Source: Crocinitomicaceae bacterium (GTDB lineage Bacteria > Bacteroidota > Bacteroidia > Flavobacteriales_D > Crocinitomicaceae). Taken from it: a stretch of 64,000 bases of DNA. The notes under the pieces are model-generated. The model had not been told where the DNA came from. It ran no database searches and saw only the letters and a program-made list of their open reading frames with translations. How positions within the stretch are numbered: the first letter of the stretch is position 1; each line of letters opens with the position of its first letter. A program made the translations under genes and the position numbers. The stretch spans positions 15,353 through 79,352 of the forward strand of contig JBILBR010000010.1 in NCBI GenBank assembly GCA_044353585.1, given 5' to 3'. Shown here in pieces: positions 48,977-62,004 of this stretch.

Positions 48977-49752
48977 TCAATCGATTCTTCGGTTTCAATG
49001 ACCTGAAACCTTTCTAGTGCTTCTTTTTTGGTGTAGGCATTAAAATGCCACCATTCAGTTGGTATTCCTGTAAAACCTGCATAGCGCATTACCCGACGAA
49101 GTAGCTTTCTGTTTTCCACTTGCTGTATCGTTAAGCTCCCATCAGCTAAAAACTTCGCTTCATGCATCGGATAAGCAATTAAACGCATATCGTCGAATCC
49201 CGCTCCCATATCCAACGGAATTCCCTTGGCATCACAGATGGTTAAATCTACTGCACACCCTAGGTTATGCAAGCTTTTACCGCGTGGGGAGCTCACAAAT
49301 TTGACACGTTCTTTAACGGGAATTGTATCCAAGGCATTCCACATGTGCTGTTGTACCGACAGGGGTCGAGCTGCATCATAAACAAGCAGATGTAGGCCGG
49401 GCTTGAGGAATGTAAGCCGATCTTGGGCTTTATTCAACATCAAGGCAACTGGTTTTTGAAGATAGGCTTCCTTCCATTTAAGGTATAGCACTTCGTGCAT
49501 AAAATTATCCGAACTTGCATAAGCAAGGTTCACAAAAATTTCTGGGTTGGTTTGGTTAATTGACACCAAGTCAATTTCCTTTTTAATCTTCGGCACCCCA
49601 ATGCAATCTCCGCCATTAGAAGGAGGGTTTTCAGAAGGAGGCGGATTCTTAGTATCCGAGTTCCCTTTAGGATGTGAACAATTTACGAAGAGCGCAATCA
49701 GTACAACGATGCACAAGGTTCTACCCAAGGATTGCGATTGTTTCTTTCTCAA
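48970..49752 (-). CDS. M15-family D-alanyl-D-alanine dipeptidase (VanX/DdpX-like) lipoprotein
   Basis: 260 aa with SLHNLGCAVDLT and EWWHF motifs and the lipobox LFVNC. Confidence 0.82.
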   Translation of the reverse strand: MRKKQSQSLGRTLCIVVLIALFVNCSHPKGNSDTKNPPPSENPPSNGGDCIGVPKIKKEIDLVSINQTNPEIFVNLAYASSDNFMHEVLYLKWKEAYLQKPVALMLNKAQDRLTFLKPGLHLLVYDAARPLSVQQHMWNALDTIPVKERVKFVSSPRGKSLHNLGCAVDLTICDAKGIPLDMGAGFDDMRLIAYPMHEAKFLADGSLTIQQVENRKLLRRVMRYAGFTGIPTEWWHFNAYTKKEALERFQVIETEESIDQ

Positions 49753-50591
49753 TTCGTTTTCTTAAATCATCAGACACGGGAAAAAGCGGTAATCGCATGT
49801 ATTCATCCATGAGTTCCATGTGTGCCAAGGCAGCCTTTACCCCACCTGGATTCCCTTGTTCAAAGAACATTTTAGTTACATCGAATAGTTTATAATGCGC
49901 CGCTCGCGCAACATCAAGCTCTCCACGCATAGCGGCATGAACCATGTTAGAAAACAAGGCAGGAAATGCGTTGGCAACAACCGAAATAACGCCATCGGCA
50001 CCTGCAGCAATCAAGGGCATGGTTAAGTTATCATCTCCAGACAGCACACCAAAACCGGAAGGGCGATATTTAATGATTTGCATGATCTGCTCCATGTTGC
50101 CAGATGCTTCTTTAACCGCAACAATATTTCTTACTTCTGCTAATTCCAAGGTAGTTTCTGGGGCTACATTCGAACCTGTTCGTCCGGGAACATTATATAG
50201 GATAATCGGTAAATCGGTTGAATCAGCTACAATTTTATAATGCGCTACGATTCCTTTTTGAATGGGTTTATTGTAATAGGGTGAAACGGACAAAATACCA
50301 TCTACGCCTTTTGGTAAATCAGCCAAGGATTCTGCCACTGCAGCAGTATTATTACCTCCTACTCCATAAACAATTTTACAACGTCCTTCATTGATTTCAA
50401 TGACTTCGTTCAAGACATCCATTTTTTCGGATTTCGACAAGGTTGGTGATTCACCTGTGGTTCCTTGTACCACCAAAAAATCGGTTCCGTTTTCGATTTG
50501 GTATTCAACCAAACTTGCCAAGGCATCGAAATCAATTTGCATGTCTTGGTTAAATGGAGTTACTAGCGCAACTCCCGAGCCTTTGAAAATG

Positions 50592-50599
<8 letters not shown>
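49721..50599 (-). CDS. dapA: 4-hydroxy-tetrahydrodipicolinate synthase
   Basis: 292 aa. VQGTTGESPTL, YNVPGRTG and the KEASG active-site lysine context. Confidence 0.93.
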
Positions 50600-53935
<3,336 letters not shown>

Positions 53936-54421
53936 TTAATCTTTTCGAAGTTTAATAAACTCCTGAATTTTTTCATTCTCAATCACCACACTCAGGTTAT
54001 AATATGCCAATTTCCATCCGTGTTTTGTCTTTTCACACACCCCGCTCCCACGACAATCTAACATCCATGTTTGCAGGTCTTCATCAAACCATGCCGTTTT
54101 TCCGTCTTTTGAAAAATTCCAAACGCGATTGGAAGGCGTAAATCTCCATGTTCGGGTAGAATCGAAATAAGGCTTGCAAAAGGTTTTGAACGCTTCCTTA
54201 TCCCATTTCTCTGCGGGTGCTGTACCATAAAACACAAATTTATCAGAGGTCACTGCGAAATACTCATCGAACTTAGCTAAAGTTGCATTCTTGTGCCAGG
54301 TATCCATTAAGGAATTCAGGCGGATTTCGGATGTGAGGTTAACTAGTCTACCTGATGGATTTTTTTGAGCAAGTACAGCTATACCAATTACACTAAGCAG
54401 CGCCAATAAAGAAAATCGCAT
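53936..54421 (-). CDS. secreted NTF2/SnoaL-like fold protein (tentative)
   Basis: 161 aa with a signal peptide. Size and pattern are compatible with a nuclear transport factor 2-like family. Weak assignment. Confidence 0.5.
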   Translation of the reverse strand: MRFSLLALLSVIGIAVLAQKNPSGRLVNLTSEIRLNSLMDTWHKNATLAKFDEYFAVTSDKFVFYGTAPAEKWDKEAFKTFCKPYFDSTRTWRFTPSNRVWNFSKDGKTAWFDEDLQTWMLDCRGSGVCEKTKHGWKLAYYNLSVVIENEKIQEFIKLRKD

Positions 54422-54422
54422 C

Positions 54423-55802
54423 CTATTTGTATAAGTTCTGCAAATACTTGGCTGCGTTATACACGTTCACTACACCACCCGTAATACTAATGCTAGTAAG
54501 TTGGTCATATTTTGTCACAGTACGTGTAATCGCTTCACTAATTTCCACCATGCTTGCTTGAGGAAAACGAGATTTTAATAAAGCAGCCACTCCGGCTACC
54601 ATGGGCGCAGCCATGGATGTTCCCTGTAAGTTTTTATATGAACTTTGAGGGACCGAATTATAAATTTCATTTCCTGGTGCAAACACATCTACTTCCATGG
54701 CACCAAAGTTTGAAAATGAAGCCACTAAGGCATCACCAGACTCTTTCGTATTTGCTCCAATGTTTAGAAAAAGTTTTCTACTGGTAGAATCGATGTAATC
54801 AAAGACCGGTTTTTTAGGAAAATTATCTGTGTAATCAATATCTGACGCATCATTGCCAGCGGCATGAATCATCAAAACATCTTTAGATACTGCATATTGA
54901 ATGGCTTCTTGTACTTTTTCATGGTATGGAGAAAAGCTCTTACCAAAGGACATGTTGATCACTTTTGCTCCATTATCCACTGCGTATCGAATCGCGTTCG
55001 CTACATCTTTATCATGTTCATCCCCATTTGGAACCGCACGAACCGACATAATCAACACATTATCCGCAACTCCATCGCCCCCTTTATTGTTTCCTCTTAC
55101 TGCACCAATAATTCCAGCAACGTGCGTGCCGTGCAAGGCATCAGGTCCTTCGGCATCACCATTTCCATAAAATTTATCGTCGAAATTATCTGCATTATCT
55201 CCAATTAATGAACGGTCATCAAAGTTAGGATTCAAGTTGAACTCTAACTGATCGCGTAAATAATCTTCTGTTTCTTTATCAAACATCCCTTTACCGATCA
55301 TATCACGATATGGCTCGTATTGAGACACATCCTCATTCAATGAACTTTCAGCATTCACATACATTTCGTGAATTGGATCATAGGCCAACGTTTCAGGATC
55401 TATGTCCTCATATTTTTGACCGTATTTCTTAACTATCCTTGCCTTCTCTAATCGTGCTTTTTCTTGGTTCTTCCCATTGGCATTTCCTAGAAAATTCCAG
55501 CCATGCACATCATCTACGTATCCATTTCCGTCATCATCTTTTTTGTTTCCTGGAATTTCCTTGGTATTTGTCCATATTTTACCTTGCAAGTCTTCATGCT
55601 CTAAATCAACACCAGAATCGATTACCGCAACGATAACAGGACTTGACTTTTTCTTTTTCAAGAGTTTCTTGTATGCCAATTCAGTTGACATTCCCGTGCC
55701 AGTTCCATTATACCAATTCAAGGTTCCCGGAATGGGTTGAGCGAAGGATAGCGCACCTAAAAACAAAAAGGAAAGCGCAAGGTTAGTTTTAAGCAATTTC
55801 AT
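54423..55802 (-). CDS. S8-family (subtilisin-like) serine peptidase, secreted
   Basis: Catalytic triad contexts VAVIDSGVD, HGTHVAG and GTSMAAP, plus a signal peptide. Confidence 0.9.
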   Translation of the reverse strand: MKLLKTNLALSFLFLGALSFAQPIPGTLNWYNGTGTGMSTELAYKKLLKKKKSSPVIVAVIDSGVDLEHEDLQGKIWTNTKEIPGNKKDDDGNGYVDDVHGWNFLGNANGKNQEKARLEKARIVKKYGQKYEDIDPETLAYDPIHEMYVNAESSLNEDVSQYEPYRDMIGKGMFDKETEDYLRDQLEFNLNPNFDDRSLIGDNADNFDDKFYGNGDAEGPDALHGTHVAGIIGAVRGNNKGGDGVADNVLIMSVRAVPNGDEHDKDVANAIRYAVDNGAKVINMSFGKSFSPYHEKVQEAIQYAVSKDVLMIHAAGNDASDIDYTDNFPKKPVFDYIDSTSRKLFLNIGANTKESGDALVASFSNFGAMEVDVFAPGNEIYNSVPQSSYKNLQGTSMAAPMVAGVAALLKSRFPQASMVEISEAITRTVTKYDQLTSISITGGVVNVYNAAKYLQNLYK

Positions 55803-55858
55803 TGATTCAGAATTATTTTTGAAGTTCGAATTCCCAAAAATACGTTATTTTTACTTCC

Positions 55859-58687
55859 ATGGGAATTTCTACGCGCTTCACCGAGTATTTCAATTTGAAA
55901 AAAATGTTAATCTGCTTTATTGTTGGATTAACCTCGTGGTCCACAATGGCACAGCAGCGTGATTTTCACGGATTTTCATTCAATGAATTCGCAAAAGCAA
56001 ATCCCAACCAAGAACTTTGTCTAAGCGCTTCCAACACGATTTATAATCAACAAACCTTAAAATCCCTAGGTATCCTCACAAAACAAAGCACAGCATCTTA
56101 CCTTTACTTCAACGCCAAACCAAGTCAATTGATTGACGCCTCAGGCAATTGCATGGTCGAGGGTTTATATTTTTCTTTTGCTCGTCCACAAGCTTTAGCA
56201 GATAGCGCTTTGGTAAAACATCAAATAAATTTAGTCCATCAAGGATTAAACGGTGTAGATACGGCTTACACAGGCAAAGGAATTATTATGGGTGTAATTG
56301 ATCAAGGAATTGATTTCAATCATCCGGATTTCAAAACCGCCACAGGAAAAACAAGGGTTTTACGGTATTGGGACCATTCGGTAACGGGTGCAAATCCGCC
56401 ACAGCCCTATAATTACGGTATTGTTTGGGATAGTTCGTCCATTAATGCGGGGACCTGTACCAGTTTGGAAACCGTCACAGCACATGGCACCACGGTTGCT
56501 GGAATGGCGGCAGGAAATGCACGAGCAAACCTTAAAAACAAAGGAGCCGCACCCGAAGCAGACCTCATCGTAGTTGAAACTAATTTTAATTTACCCAACT
56601 GGACCTTAACGATAGCGGATGCCTGCGATTACATTTTCAAGGTGGCTGATTCTTTAGGTAAACCGGCAGTCATTAATATTTCATTAGGCGATTATTTAGG
56701 CAGTCATGACGGAAACGATCCCGCTTCCGATTTGATTGAATCCTTGCTTGACTTATCACCTGGACGAATTGTAGTTTCTGCCGCAGGGAATGCCGGAAAT
56801 CAAGGAAAATTCCATGTTAGAAACAACAGCATCGGGAGTGACACTACGTTTTTCTGGAATATTCCAAATACTGGAATGACCGTAGCTGGTCCCAATAAAA
56901 TTGTATTTGACCTATGGTCGGATACGGCAGATGCGCACTACTACTTCGCCTATGGGGCAGACAAGATTTCACCGAATTATTCATTTCGTGGAAACACCAC
57001 CTTTCGTTTTGCTACAAGCAATATGAATCAAGTTCCTGTGACGGACACCTTATTTAATGCAAACGGTCAGCGCATAGCCATCATCGACAGTTATCGTGAA
57101 ATTGTGGGAGGTAATTTTCATATGATGTCGGTTTTTACTACGATTGATTCGTTGGCGTACCGATATCGATTTATGACAACAGGTTCAGGTAAATACGATG
57201 CTTGGGGCGGCAGTTGGATTCAGCTAAGTAACTTCAGCACCTCGATTCCTACATCAATTCAATTCCCAGCGATTCAACATTATATCATGCCGGACTCACT
57301 ACAAACCATTGTGAGCAGCTGGAATTGTTCAGAAAAAGTAATCTCTGTGGCGAACATGCGAAACCGCAAAGGACACATCACAAAAAACAATACGTACTAT
57401 CAACCCGCCTCTACCACTCCGGTTGGAAAATTAAGTGAAAACAGCAGTAAAGGTCCTGCACGGAACGGGACTACCAAGCCAGACATTACTGCAGCAGGCG
57501 ATGTTACCTTGGCGGCAGGACCGGTTTGGTATCTGAATAATACGGCAAACAATACCACCATTGATGTAGGTGGATTCCATGTCCGTAATGGCGGCACCTC
57601 CATGGCTTCCCCGGTGGTAGCAGGAATCGCCGCGCTTTATTTGCAAAAATGTCCACTGAGCACCTACCAACAATTCAAGCTTGATTTAAGTAATACTGCT
57701 GTAGTAGATGGCTTCACAGGCGCAACGCCTAATTTCGGGTATGGTTTTGGGAAGGCGGATGCATTAGGACTGCTTACATCTAAAAACATTAGCTTAAGCA
57801 TTGACCCAATCCTCGGTATATGCGTAGGATCTACCGCTACCCTTCATGCCAATTCTCCTTCTTCCCTTTACAATTCCGTATGGAGTAATGGGACCGTTGG
57901 AACCAACATGACAACCGCCATTGTAGGAAGTTATTATGTTAAGGGGTTGGATAGCGCAGGCTGTTACACCCGATCAAATCCAATTGCCTTGGGCACCTTA
58001 GCCTTACCGTTTGTTGATGCTGGCGCGAGTTACAGCACCTGCCCGGGTGAAGAAATCAGTTTATTGGGAACAGGAACTGCGGTAAGCTATCAATGGGATA
58101 ATGGCGTATTAAATAATGAACCGTTTGTCCCGCTTAGCTCTGGGGTGTACTATGTTACCGGAACGGGTTCTAATGGATGTCAAAACATGGATTCCATCAT
58201 AGTAAATCTATTCGATGTTGACCCGGTAAGTTATAATGAAACAACTACGACAGTGATGGAGGGATCGGGTCCCTTTAATGTTGCACCCGGTTCACCGAGT
58301 GGCGGTGTTTATTCTGGTCCGGGAATCATTGGCACTTCGTTTCACCCAACGCTCACCGGACCGGGTTCATTTTATGTAAGCTATAGCTACACCGATGGAA
58401 ACGGATGTACAACGAGCGATTCTTCATTAATTGAAGTGGTTGACTTAAACTCGATAGCCATGAATACCCTTCAAGCGCTGTGGATTAGTCCGAACCCTGC
58501 TTCGGAATGGCTTACCATTCATGGATTAACGGCACATACAGCCATATCAATCATCGATGTATCAGGGAGAGTTATACTTAATATGGTCAGTGAAACGAGT
58601 GAAGCAACGTTGAATGTGCACGGATTAACAAGTGGAATGTATTTGATAGAAGTGAACAACAACTCCATCCCTTGGATTAAAAACTAA
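55859..58687 (+). CDS. S8-family serine peptidase with T9SS C-terminal sorting domain
   Basis: GVIDQGID, HGTTVAG and GTSMASP. The C-terminus is WISPNPASEWLTIHG...GMYLIEV. An alternative start at 55904 (MLICFIVGL) is possible. Confidence 0.88.
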   Translation: MGISTRFTEYFNLKKMLICFIVGLTSWSTMAQQRDFHGFSFNEFAKANPNQELCLSASNTIYNQQTLKSLGILTKQSTASYLYFNAKPSQLIDASGNCMVEGLYFSFARPQALADSALVKHQINLVHQGLNGVDTAYTGKGIIMGVIDQGIDFNHPDFKTATGKTRVLRYWDHSVTGANPPQPYNYGIVWDSSSINAGTCTSLETVTAHGTTVAGMAAGNARANLKNKGAAPEADLIVVETNFNLPNWTLTIADACDYIFKVADSLGKPAVINISLGDYLGSHDGNDPASDLIESLLDLSPGRIVVSAAGNAGNQGKFHVRNNSIGSDTTFFWNIPNTGMTVAGPNKIVFDLWSDTADAHYYFAYGADKISPNYSFRGNTTFRFATSNMNQVPVTDTLFNANGQRIAIIDSYREIVGGNFHMMSVFTTIDSLAYRYRFMTTGSGKYDAWGGSWIQLSNFSTSIPTSIQFPAIQHYIMPDSLQTIVSSWNCSEKVISVANMRNRKGHITKNNTYYQPASTTPVGKLSENSSKGPARNGTTKPDITAAGDVTLAAGPVWYLNNTANNTTIDVGGFHVRNGGTSMASPVVAGIAALYLQKCPLSTYQQFKLDLSNTAVVDGFTGATPNFGYGFGKADALGLLTSKNISLSIDPILGICVGSTATLHANSPSSLYNSVWSNGTVGTNMTTAIVGSYYVKGLDSAGCYTRSNPIALGTLALPFVDAGASYSTCPGEEISLLGTGTAVSYQWDNGVLNNEPFVPLSSGVYYVTGTGSNGCQNMDSIIVNLFDVDPVSYNETTTTVMEGSGPFNVAPGSPSGGVYSGPGIIGTSFHPTLTGPGSFYVSYSYTDGNGCTTSDSSLIEVVDLNSIAMNTLQALWISPNPASEWLTIHGLTAHTAISIIDVSGRVILNMVSETSEATLNVHGLTSGMYLIEVNNNSIPWIKN

Positions 58688-59052
58688 TTACTCCAAACCG
58701 TACCCACCAAGGAAGCATTAGAAAAATTCTCGCCATTGATGGTCGTATTCCCCGCTATACCGCCTAAAAAACCTAGGGTATCACAATTGGAGGTAAGCAC
58801 ATAGGCAGGAAGATCGGCGCCACAGGTTCCCATATTAAACACGAAAACTTGTTCTTGCTGAAAGGTATACTCTTCTACCGATGCGCCTTGGTCGCAACAT
58901 TCATTTTGAAAGGCATTAATTTTTGAATTGATGCATTGATAACCCGTATGTTTATTGCACTGAAAAGCCATTAAAATCAAGGATATTACAAAAAACAATT
59001 GAATTCCAAGCGGTTTATATTGTATTCTTAACATAGAACCGAAATTAATCAT
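58684..59052 (-). CDS. hypothetical Cys-rich secreted protein
   Basis: 122-aa ORF with a hydrophobic N-terminus and six Cys residues. Confidence 0.5.
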   Translation of the reverse strand: MINFGSMLRIQYKPLGIQLFFVISLILMAFQCNKHTGYQCINSKINAFQNECCDQGASVEEYTFQQEQVFVFNMGTCGADLPAYVLTSNCDTLGFLGGIAGNTTINGENFSNASLVGTVWSN

Positions 59053-59087
59053 TTAATTTTGCAGTCGAAATATTAAACTGAAAAAAA

Positions 59088-60371
59088 ATGAGTACAGCCC
59101 TTGGAAATCACATCTTGGTTGAATTTATGAACTGCGATCCGCACATCATGAATGATGTGGCTGCAATTGAACGCGACATGGTTGATGCTGCGAAGAAAGC
59201 GGAGGCTACGGTTATAAATTCTACCTTTCACCATTTTTCACCCTACGGTGTTTCTGGGGTTGTGGTAATTCAAGAAAGTCACTTAGCGATACATACTTGG
59301 CCTGAATACGGCTATGCAGCCGTTGATGTATTTACTTGCGGAGAAATGAACGCTTGGATAGCCTTTGATTATCTAAAGGAAAGCTTTCAAGCGAAGTCCT
59401 ATTCTGCCATTGAAATGAAGCGTGGTTCGGTGAACTTGCTTACTCGAAATGACTTTGATATTTCTACCATGCGTCAAAAAGCAAATGAATGGGTGAATCC
59501 AGGATTTTACACGCGTAATGTATGGTTTACGGATAAAGACGAAAATCAAGCCTTATCTCTTCGTTTTACGGGAGATGTATTTTACGATCACCAATCGCCA
59601 TTTCAACGGGTAAGAATCTTAGAATCTTACAAATACGGAAAGATGTTGGCCTTAGATGATATGGTGATGACCACAGAGAAAGACGAATTCCATTACCATG
59701 AAATGATATCACATCCTGCCATGTTTATGCATCCAAATCCAAAGAATGTATTGGTAATTGGTGGCGGTGATGGCGGAACGATTCGTGAGGTGTTGCGTCA
59801 CCCAGGCGTAGAAAAAGTAACGATGGTTGAAATTGATGGTGCGGTAATCGAGGCATGCAAAGAACATTTACCGAATATTGCAGCATCGTTTGATGATCCA
59901 AAACTCACCTTATTAGTTGATGACGGTATTGCCTTCGCACAAAACGCTGCACCGGGAACCTATGATGTAATCCTTGTGGATGGTTCAGACCCTGTTGGAC
60001 CGGCAGAAGGGCTTTTCTCAGTATCCTTTTACACAAATTGTTACAATGCACTAAAGGAAAATGGGATTTTAGTGGCGCAAGGGGAATCACCAAAATTCAA
60101 TGAAAAAGCATTTAGAGAATTGAATCATACCTTACAGGATATTTTTGGTACAGACAAGGCGCCGGTATCCTTATTTTTTGTTCCTACCTACCCTACCGGG
60201 ATGTGGAGTTTCCAATATGGGTTGAAAGGGAATATCGAAGGTCCAATTCACCAAAAAGAAGCTGACATTGAAACATTCGTTAGTACCCATGGACTAAGAT
60301 ATTACAATGCAGCACTACACAATGGAAGCTTTGCCTTACCAAATTTTGTAAAACAACTTATAAAGAAATAA
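59088..60371 (+). CDS. fusion protein: S-adenosylmethionine decarboxylase proenzyme (SpeH/SpeD class 1) plus spermidine synthase
   Basis: N-terminal [29 protein letters not shown] (Glu-Ser self-cleavage site). C-terminal [24 protein letters not shown] and [13 protein letters not shown] (aminopropyltransferase). Confidence 0.85.
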   Translation: MSTALGNHILVEFMNCDPHIMNDVAAIERDMVDAAKKAEATVINSTFHHFSPYGVSGVVVIQESHLAIHTWPEYGYAAVDVFTCGEMNAWIAFDYLKESFQAKSYSAIEMKRGSVNLLTRNDFDISTMRQKANEWVNPGFYTRNVWFTDKDENQALSLRFTGDVFYDHQSPFQRVRILESYKYGKMLALDDMVMTTEKDEFHYHEMISHPAMFMHPNPKNVLVIGGGDGGTIREVLRHPGVEKVTMVEIDGAVIEACKEHLPNIAASFDDPKLTLLVDDGIAFAQNAAPGTYDVILVDGSDPVGPAEGLFSVSFYTNCYNALKENGILVAQGESPKFNEKAFRELNHTLQDIFGTDKAPVSLFFVPTYPTGMWSFQYGLKGNIEGPIHQKEADIETFVSTHGLRYYNAALHNGSFALPNFVKQLIKK

Positions 60372-60406
60372 CCCGCGTAATTTACGCAACTTAAACACAG
60401 ATAACA

Positions 60407-60913
60407 ATGCAAATAGCAGCAAACACCGTGGTTTCGTTAATGTATAAACTTACAAACCATACAACCGGAGAACAAATCGAAATCACCGACGAAACGAATC
60501 CTTTGGTATTTCTTTATGGAGTAGGTTCTTTAATTCCAGATTTCGAAGCAAACCTAAGCGGTAAAACTACAGGAGATGCCTTTGATTTCGCGATTCATGC
60601 AGCTAATGCATATGGCTTGCCATCTGACGACGAAATCGTAATGATACCAAGCAATGTATTTCATGACGAGAATGGTCATTTTGATACTGAGATGTTTAAG
60701 GTTGGGGCGTTAATCCCGATGAGTGACGGTCAAGGTCATCAAATGCGTGGAAGGATTCTTGAAATTACAGATGACGTAGTGAAAATGGATTTCAATCATC
60801 CGTTGGCAGGTACAGATTTACATTTTGAAGGAACTATCCTTGAAGTTCGTGAGGCTACTGCGGATGAGATTTCACACGGACACGTACATGGTCCGCACGG
60901 ACATCAGCACTAA
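60407..60913 (+). CDS. slyD: FKBP-type peptidyl-prolyl isomerase SlyD-like with His-rich tail
   Basis: 168 aa with an FKBP/IF-insert pattern and the C-terminal HGHVHGPHGHQH. Confidence 0.85.
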   Translation: MQIAANTVVSLMYKLTNHTTGEQIEITDETNPLVFLYGVGSLIPDFEANLSGKTTGDAFDFAIHAANAYGLPSDDEIVMIPSNVFHDENGHFDTEMFKVGALIPMSDGQGHQMRGRILEITDDVVKMDFNHPLAGTDLHFEGTILEVREATADEISHGHVHGPHGHQH

Positions 60914-60979
60914 AATTAATTTATTTGACTGACAATTAGTTATTTAGCTAAATTTGTGGTTATTGCTAAATGAATTGCT

Positions 60980-61423
60980 ATGGCTACAGTATTTGAGACT
61001 CGACTAATTGGTAACATTGGTAAAGATGCCATTGTTAAACCTATGGAACGTGGTATCATTGCGATCAACTTTCCGGTGGCACACAATAAAAATTGGCGTG
61101 ATAAAAAAACAGGGGCCTCAAAAACAAAAACCACCTGGGTAAATTGCACCATTTGGAAACGAGAAGGAAGCAATATGCGTATTGTGGACTTTTTAACCCG
61201 TGGCACTATGGTTGAATTGCTAGGCACCCCCTACGCAAAGGGATACATTTCCGAAGACGGAAATGTTCGAACTGAAATTAGGCTAAATGTGGCAGATACG
61301 AATATATTGAGACCCGCGCAGCGTATTGAAGGTGATCTTGATGACCTGATTGATCGTCACGATTTTTCAGGGGATGATGAAGGTGGTTTTGACGATTTCA
61401 ATATATCCGACGAAGATTTTTAA
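60980..61423 (+). CDS. ssb: single-stranded DNA-binding protein (divergent paralog type)
   Basis: 147 aa with an OB-fold pattern (LIGNIGKDAIV...TTWVNCTIWKR) and an acidic C-terminal tip DDFNISDEDF. Confidence 0.8.
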   Translation: MATVFETRLIGNIGKDAIVKPMERGIIAINFPVAHNKNWRDKKTGASKTKTTWVNCTIWKREGSNMRIVDFLTRGTMVELLGTPYAKGYISEDGNVRTEIRLNVADTNILRPAQRIEGDLDDLIDRHDFSGDDEGGFDDFNISDEDF

Positions 61424-61442
61424 AATTTTCTAATCAATTGAA

Positions 61443-61472
61443 TTGCAAAATTTAGAAAAGTTTCTATCTTTG
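61443..61472 (+). promoter_or_regulatory. Bacteroidota-type sigma-A promoter for the tRNA-Asn transcription unit
   Basis: TTG (61443-61445), exactly 19 nt, then TATCTTTG (61465-61472). The first repeat unit starts 13 nt downstream. Confidence 0.6.
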
Positions 61473-61484
61473 CAATCACAAAAT

Positions 61485-61686
61485 TCCTCCTTAGTCATGA
61501 CGAAGCACAGCTTGTCATGATGCCGACCGGAAGCGTCGGCACTCAGTTGGACAACTGATTTTAAGGTAGCAACATAAAAGGACATTCCTCCTTAGTCATG
61601 ACGAAGCGCAGCTTGTCATGATGCCGACCGGAAGCGTCGGCACTCAGTTGGACAACTGAATATAAGGTAGCAACATAGAAGGACAT
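61485..61686 (+). repeat. two tandem 101-bp tRNA-Asn-derived structured units (candidate ncRNA or leader elements)
   Basis: Units at 61485-61585 and 61586-61686 each begin with TCCTCCTTAG (tRNA nt 1-10). Each has a 47-nt two-hairpin insert followed by the D-arm segment CTCAGTTGG. They are in exact 101-bp register with the tRNA at 61687. Confidence 0.85.
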
Positions 61687-61760
61687 TCCTCCTTAGCTCA
61701 GTTGGTTAGAGCATCTGACTGTTAATCAGAGGGTCTCAGGTTCAAGTCCTGAAGGGGGAG
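61687..61760 (+). tRNA. tRNA-Asn (anticodon GTT)
   Basis: Manual cloverleaf. Acceptor TCCTCCT/AGGGGGA (one G-U), D arm GCTC-AGTTGGTTA-GAGC, anticodon arm TCTGA-CTGTTAA-TCAGA, T arm TCAGG-TTCAAGT-CCTGA, discriminator G. No encoded CCA. Confidence 0.93.
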
Positions 61761-61773
61761 CGCTGAAAATCAA

Positions 61774-61801
61774 AGGGTTACAGAAATGTAGCCCTTTTTT
61801 T
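61774..61801 (+). terminator. rho-independent terminator
   Basis: AGGGTTACA-GAAA-TGTAGCCCT followed by a T-run, 14 nt after the tRNA. Confidence 0.7.
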
Positions 61802-62004
61802 ATTTCTCTTTGTAACACAATTGTAACACTTCTCTTGAATAAGATGCACTCAAATTATCTTGTTTCAGATTTATTTCAACAAGCCTATTCAAAATCATTG
61901 GTGTAAAAATATTACTCTATGAACAAATCATTGGTTATAGAAAAATAGGAAATTTAAATAAAAAGCGACTAACAATATTATATTTGATTTATTAGTTTGG
62001 AGAT

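Noticed and set aside
60877-60913. His-rich stretch HGHVHGPHGHQH at the end of the FKBP isomerase.
   Set aside because: It is a known feature of SlyD-type proteins (metal-binding tail), not a separate element.
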